A stretch of DNA of 64,000 bases from Eutreptiella sp. 'Long Island Sound 2002' (taxonomy: Eukaryota > Protista > Euglenida), in contig OZ038378.1 in assembly GCA_964036045.1 (NCBI GenBank), forward strand, positions 172,794,001 through 172,858,000, written 5' to 3'. The notes beneath the pieces are model-generated. The model had not been told where the DNA came from. It ran no database searches and worked only from the letters and a program-made list of their open reading frames with translations. This document shows, piece after piece, positions 59,101-64,000 of the stretch. Positions within the stretch are counted from its first letter, which is position 1; each line of letters begins with the position of its first letter. A program made the translations under genes and the position numbers.

Positions 59101-62100
59101 TGGCTCCCTGGCCCCGTATGTAACTGATTCAGCTTGTCGCTGGCCAAGCACAACCCCCGCCCCGCCCCCCAAACCTGGGCCCAATTTCCTCGATTTGCCC
59201 CGATTTTGTGCCCTGATTTGTTGGAATTTAGGGGCCCTGGTAATGATTGACGTTTCTTAGTGTCCAGGTATCTTATTTCTGGCTGCTTTTACCTCCATGG
59301 TTGCCTGTCATATTTGTGGTTGCAAACGCTCCCGCTGATGGTGCTGATTAAAAAAAAACGGTACTGGACGAAGCCCTTTGACATGCTTCACCAGCAGCCA
59401 GTGATCATCCATCTGCAGGCCACCTCTTGTACTGCGTTCAGCAAGCCCATGAACCAGTTTTTGACAGGATTGCAGGTGAACATTGTCCCGAAGGATAAGA
59501 AGCAAACCTCTCGGATTGGCTATTTGTTGGCAATGGTCAATACCAGTGTTCTTGAATGGGCAAAGTCATTACATAGAAAATGTCTATATGTGCAATGCTC
59601 TGTGCGTAGGAACGGGCATTGGGTCCCCCCACAGATTCTTGGAGTAGGAATGCAATAGGGAAAGGCTGCACGTCTGAAAACCTGCTGAAAGTGGTCCCCC
59701 AAATTATTGCCCCGATTTGGTGGAGAATCCCCCCTCATTTGGAGGGCTGGGGTTGCAAGCCTGGCCGCCCTTGGTATGAGGTCATTTAGGGTGCTTCTTG
59801 GCCCCTGCAGAGTTCACCTGGGGTCATTCCTCAGGAGCTATGTTTTTGTTGTATTTATTTGAATGACGGCTTGAGGCCTATGGGGTCAGTGGGTGACAGC
59901 TAGTGGTTGGACAGTACCCTCCAACCTCCGGAGGTTGGCTGTGACAAAGGATGCCATCTGAAAGACAGCCGACAGGGTTTTGCGGCTCATCAGTAGAGTC
60001 GGATGCTGGTTGACAACGGCTTTGCATCCGCTGGGAAGGTGCTTTCTTGCTGTGAAGGACAGCACTGTCTTGACCTGCCCCTGTGCACAATGCACGGGAG
60101 GCACCCTCTGTGGGCTGCGGGCGGGATATGTTTGGCATCCGCTCCCCCCCCCCCTGTGTTGCACAGGATGCGAAGGTACGCGCAGATTGGGAAGCCAAGC
60201 GGCGTGCGGACGCAGACAAGCGCAAGGGCTGGGAGGCAGACCAGGTGGGGACTTTGGAAGCAGAGCAGAAGCGGTTGATGGAGGAGCGTCGCAAGCGTCT
60301 TGAGGCAGAGCAAGCGTATGTTCACTGTAGCCCCGACATGTGGTTTGGCAGGGACCATGGAGTTAAGGCGGTTTTGCCGTCGCGCTGGTGAGGAGCTCGG
60401 CCGGTGGTAGTGGTCCGGTTGCCGTTTCCGGTGGTATGGCTGGGGAAGTAGAGTTTCTGGTGGCTTCGCCGGAAGCAGGGCGTGCCCGGCACCTTGTGGC
60501 CGCGGTCCTGGTGCTCATTGCGCTTTGGATGCGAGGCTGGACGGTTCGCTATGCCCGAAACTGTTGTGGCTGCGATTTTGTGTGTGTTGTGTTTCACGGT
60601 CGTTGTCATTGTTGTCGACGTCGTCGCCGTCGTTCATTGTTGTTGTCGTTATTGTTTTTTGTTGCGGTGGTGGTTGTGATCGTGGTGGTGGTAGTTGTTG
60701 TCGTGGTTGTCGTTGTTGCGGTCGTATTGGTGGTTGTAGTTGTGGTTGTGGTTGTGGTTGTGGTGATCGTTGTGGTTGTGGTTGTGGTTGTGGTGATCGT
60801 TGTGGTTGTGGTTGTGGTTGTGGTGATCGTTGTGGTTGTGGTTGTGGTTGTGGTGATCGTTGTGGTTGTGGTTGTGGTTGTGGTGATCGTTGTGGTTGTG
60901 GTTGTGGTTGTGGTGATCGTTGTGGTTGTGGTTGTGGTTCTGGTTGTGGTCAAAGCACTAAGCAATACAACCCTCTCCGGGTCCAGGGCCTCGGCCCCAT
61001 CCCCATTGTCTCACTGGGCCAATCGTCCACTCGTGTGAATGGGGGGTCCGGCTTTGACAAGGCGGGGGGTGCGTCCTGCAATCGGCGTGGCCCACCCTCC
61101 AGGTGGCAGGAGGAGTACTTCGAGAGGATGCGCAAGCTGCGTGAGGAGGATGAGATGAGGAGGGCTGAGATGTCACGGAAGGCATCCACGATCAGCACTG
61201 CCTCGACTGCTACTACTCAGTTGCGGCCACAGGTATTGTCGCGTGCGGCGGTTGTGTTGCTTGACATCCATTTCTGTACTTCACGATTCTTTCAGTGGAG
61301 GATCTTGCTGTGGCACCGCCCGACCGTGGGGGGGGGGGGGGCTCATGTGGTCAGGCCTGAATTAGAATTTTTTTTGGCAGTGCCCCCCCCCCCCCCCCGA
61401 CCAAAGGGACATCATGAGAAAAAACGAAATTTAACATCGGGAAAATCTGGTCGGGCCATTTTTGGTACACAAACTTTTGGGTCCAGACCCCCCCCCCCCA
61501 CACAACACCCCCTTTTAATTCAGGTGTTGGCCAACACTTCGGGTTTCTGCATTTGGGTCTGTGTCATGGAGGCGTGCCAGGCTGTGTGTGGTGCTGGGGG
61601 AGCGTGTGTGTTGTGGGGGGGGGGGGGGGGCATATGGTGGACGTGGAGGGAGTGGGCAGCGAACACCGTAGACCGACCCCCGCAACAACCGGCACAGCCC
61701 CCGTGCGCCAACTACCGGGTCCCGCTACCGCAGCAACGACACCACAAGGAACACCGGCCGCAGCGGCCGTCAGAAAGCGTTGACCCGAAGCAGCACGCGA
61801 AGAGATGAACGGGTGGCTGCCCAGGGCCCCGTAAAGGCACCGCAACCCGACGAAATGTCACAAAAGGGGGGGGGGGGGCAAAAACAGTCAAACGACCCCG
61901 GCAACAACCAGCACAACCCCAATACGCCAACTACTGGGCGCCGCTGACGCACAAACGGCGCAGCATGCCACATCCAGCACAGCCCCAGCACACCAACCAC
62001 TGGGCTCCGCGAACATGGAAACGACATCAGTGAGGGCACCGGCCGCAGCGGCCGACAGAAAGCAGCGACCCGACGCAACATGCGAAGGGAAGAACGGGTG

Positions 62101-63530
62101 ACTGTCCAGGGCCCCGTAAAGAAACAACAACCCGACGGAATGTCACACGGGGGGGGGGGGGGGGGATTGAGGGTGGAATGTTGTGTCACGGCCGTGCCCT
62201 TGTGCAGTTGGGCGTCGAGATCAAGATGCTGGACGACAGCAAGGGGAACAAGGACTGCGTGGTGGCCGTGGAGCGGGTGGTGTCTGGCGGACCGTGCGAC
62301 AAGGCGGGGCTGAAGGATGAGGACGTCATTGACCGCTGGAACGGGGAGCGGATCTACTCCAAGGCGGCGTGGACTGACAAGGTGTGTGACGGCAAGACGG
62401 CCACCCCATCCCCCCTCCCTCCTCCCCGGGAAATTCAGATATTCCAAAAAGCCAACCGTAAAAAAAATACCCCTCCGGAAGCCCGTGCCCCTTCACGCCG
62501 CGGGTTTGGGGTCCTGAACTACACCGACCCCCCCCCCCCCCCCCCCAATGGCAGGGCGCCACTTCGTCAGCTGTGGAGTCCGAGATGGTGCACAGCCCTA
62601 AGTCCCAGACCCCGGCAGGGGGCCGACAGGCAGAGTTTTGGCATTGCAGAGGCTGGGCATTGCCACGAAGGAGAGGCACGGGGATGCTATTATTTGGCTC
62701 CCAAAAGAAGGGCTTCCGGGGCTCTTTGTGTTGAGGCTGAACACCCACCGAATAGTGGAGGGCAGTGGGCAGTCGCGTGCAGGCCCTTGCCTGCTGCACA
62801 CGGACCCACCCACCCCCGTCCTGCCAACCGGCACACTCCCCCCTGCCGTGCCGTGCACAGGATCCCGCCTGCCGTGCGTGGGACCCCTGCATCAGGGCTG
62901 TCCTTAAGAAGCCAGTTTTTTTTCTTTTGGTTAAGGACAGCCCTTGAGGACAGCCCCCAGGGACCGCCAACCGCCAACCGCCACCAATCACCAACCGCCG
63001 CCAACTGCCAACCACCAACTGCCAACCTTTGAAGTAGAGAAGGTCCCATGACCATGAAGTGGCCGGGGATGGACCGGGCGCTGTTTGTGCCGCGAGGCCT
63101 CTCCCCTGGCGGCTTCAGAGTGCCAATGGAACCCTCCCACACCCACTCCTCCGTCTCGGGCGGGCGGGGGTGGGGCCCCGGGTGGGGGAGATCAGAGCGG
63201 GGAGTCCGGGGGGTACAGGCGCAGGGACCGGGACCAGGGGCCGCAGGGCGATGGTGTGCCTTGGGTGGGCCCAGTCGCCCGCTTGCCATCCGCCTCCTCC
63301 TCGCGCCCCGTTTCCAGGCGAAGCACGCCAAGATCGGGGAGGTCGTCACGCTGACGGTGTACCGCGACGGGGAGGCCCAGGACATGCAAGTCACCGTCGG
63401 GGGCACTACGAAGACCCTGGGCTCCACGCACAAGGTCAAGAGCCGTGGGTCCGTGTCCCACAACATCCGATACCAGAAGCCCTCCATGCGACAGCCCTCC
63501 ATGGCCTCCAAGCCTTCGATGAAGCGGTAG
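49669..63530 (+). CDS. GST-fold / coiled-coil / PDZ fusion protein. Exons: 49669-50133, 51119-51466, 53801-53917, 54988-55227, 57181-57363, 60167-60315, 61103-61232, 62208-62381, 63318-63530. About 672 aa
   Basis: All 8 introns are GT-AG and phase-compatible (0,0,0,0,0,2,0,0), ending in TAG at 63528-63530. GST-N: [20 protein letters not shown]: [14 protein letters not shown]-rich coiled coil. PDZ: [45 protein letters not shown]. The link to the first exon is the least certain part. Confidence 0.82.
50517..51066. mobile_element. TA-flanked MITE with a captured coding module
   Basis: TIR (C)n..CTTG(T/C)GCAAGCACC; TA flanks; GCACCGCCTTGTCTAAGCACCAGGA repeated near both ends. Confidence 0.72.
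51119..51466 (+). CDS. GST N-terminal (thioredoxin-fold) domain exon
   Basis: Encodes [18 protein letters not shown] and [31 protein letters not shown]; ATG|gtctcc donor. Confidence 0.88.
53801..53917 (+). CDS. GST C-domain exon (part 1)
   Basis: ctgtgcag|GCG, ACG|gtacgc; encodes ALDWCHTSL. Confidence 0.82.
54988..55227 (+). CDS. GST C-domain exon (part 2)
   Basis: atcttcag|GAC, CAG|gtgcgg; encodes [24 protein letters not shown]. Confidence 0.88.
57181..57363 (+). CDS. Coiled-coil exon
   Basis: aacgcag|GCG, CAG|gtcgct; E/R/Q-rich. Confidence 0.8.
60167..60315 (+). CDS. Coiled-coil exon
   Basis: ttgcacag|GAT, AAGC|gtatgt (phase 2). Confidence 0.8.
60600..60950. repeat. (GTT/GTG)-rich microsatellite with a 30-bp higher-order unit TGTGGTTGTGGTTGTGGTTGTGGTGATCGT
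   Basis: Direct reading; about 6 copies of the 30-mer at about 60742-60921. Confidence 0.92.
61103..61232 (+). CDS. Coiled-coil/linker exon
   Basis: ccctccag|G phase 2 matches the previous exon; CAG|gtattg. Confidence 0.8.
61661..62165 (+). repeat. Two tandem diverged copies of a G-tailed interspersed repeat (61661-61878 and 61879-62165)
   Basis: Shared CACCGGCCGCAGCGGCCG, CCAGGGCCCCGTAAAG, CAACCCGACG..AATGTCAC followed by a G-run. Confidence 0.8.
62208..62381 (+). CDS. PDZ domain exon (part 1)
   Basis: ttgtgcag|TTG, AAG|gtgtgt; encodes [26 protein letters not shown]. Confidence 0.87.
63318..63530 (+). CDS. PDZ domain exon (part 2), terminal
   Basis: gtttccag|GCG; encodes [24 protein letters not shown]; TAG stop. 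Confidence 0.87.
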   Translation, partial: AKHAKIGEVVTLTVYRDGEAQDMQVTVGGTTKTLGSTHKVKSRGSVSHNIRYQKPSMRQPSMASKPSMKR

Positions 63531-64000
63531 GCGAGCCCGGCCGGGGGCCGAGGGCATGCGGAGCAGGGGACCCAACGTGAGACGGAGGGGCTGAGGGTGT
63601 TGGGCGCAGGCGAGCCCATGCAAGGCCCTAGGGCTGGTGGGCACAGAGGAGCCAGTGCAAGGGCTGAGTTTTCCTCTTTCTTTTCATTAAGAACAGCCGC
63701 AGATTTCAGGTGGAAGAACTGCAGTTAGCCGACAGCGGTTGGCAGTGAACGGTACGTCGCAGGTACTCGGCGGCGGCGGGTGGTTAAGCGACGCCATTGG
63801 CGGGCAACCGACAGCAGTGGTTGGTCCGCCGGCTGGCCCTCTGTGGAGGCTCAGGCACAACGGAGTCCAGCCGTTTCCCGTTCTGTGGCGCCACGGACAT
63901 CCCTGGCTCCATCGGAAGCAGTGCCCTCTCCGATCATATTCATACATCAGAAGTATGCCACACCCGCGTGTCCTCACCACACCCTCTGCCGCGTGCATCA

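Noticed and set aside
59440-59570. Peptide [28 protein letters not shown] faintly like LINE reverse transcriptase domain 2
   Set aside because: Too short and diverged, with no YxDD or other RT motifs nearby; cannot be supported without a search.
60388-61808. Poly-Val, poly-Thr and Cys-Gly 'metallothionein-like' ORFs
   Set aside because: Frames of a GTTGTG microsatellite. Only 61103-61232 is coding.
1-64000. Intact tRNA, rRNA or snRNA genes, and non-canonical (non GT-AG) introns
   Set aside because: No cloverleaf or rRNA signature was found, and all three gene models close fully with GT-AG introns.
1-64000. Abundant G/C homopolymer runs as a dedicated G-quadruplex system
   Set aside because: Most runs coincide with MITE termini or interiors and are explained by those repeat families; run lengths may also be sequencing-error prone.

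Overview
Eukaryotic, intron-rich, repeat-dense genomic window. The six-frame ORF track is mostly noise, so the genes were rebuilt by hand from GC3-rich exons with GT-AG boundaries, checking reading phase at every junction. Three + strand protein-coding genes emerge. (1) The 3' part of a VPS13-family lipid-transfer gene: 13 exons, 1618-40777, about 1263 aa, 5' end outside the window. It has two unusual features: a tandem SAP/HeH-like insert inside the VAB region, and a C-terminal dysferlin (DysF) domain where VPS13 normally has a PH domain. (2) An apparently complete 5-exon gene (13048-19512, about 725 aa) nested on the same strand inside the 14.2-kb VPS13 intron 6. It encodes two repeats of an unrecognised domain, an Ala/Pro/Glu linker and a degenerate EF-hand pair. 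(3) A 9-exon gene (49669-63530, about 672 aa) fusing an acidic N-terminus, a theta-like GST fold with degenerate catalytic residues, a coiled coil and a PDZ domain. Introns and the intergenic region hold several MITE families (8-bp TSD hAT-like, TA-TSD, and 3-bp TSD GGGGG-ended) and large 13-mer and 8-mer satellites. One 791-bp Harbinger-derived element carries a DDE transposase fragment plus a Dam-like (NPPF) adenine-methyltransferase fragment. The repeat style and a possible spliced-leader relic suggest a euglenid genome; that is inference only. No rRNA, intact tRNA or CRISPR array was found. All domain calls are by-eye motif recognition, not database hits.
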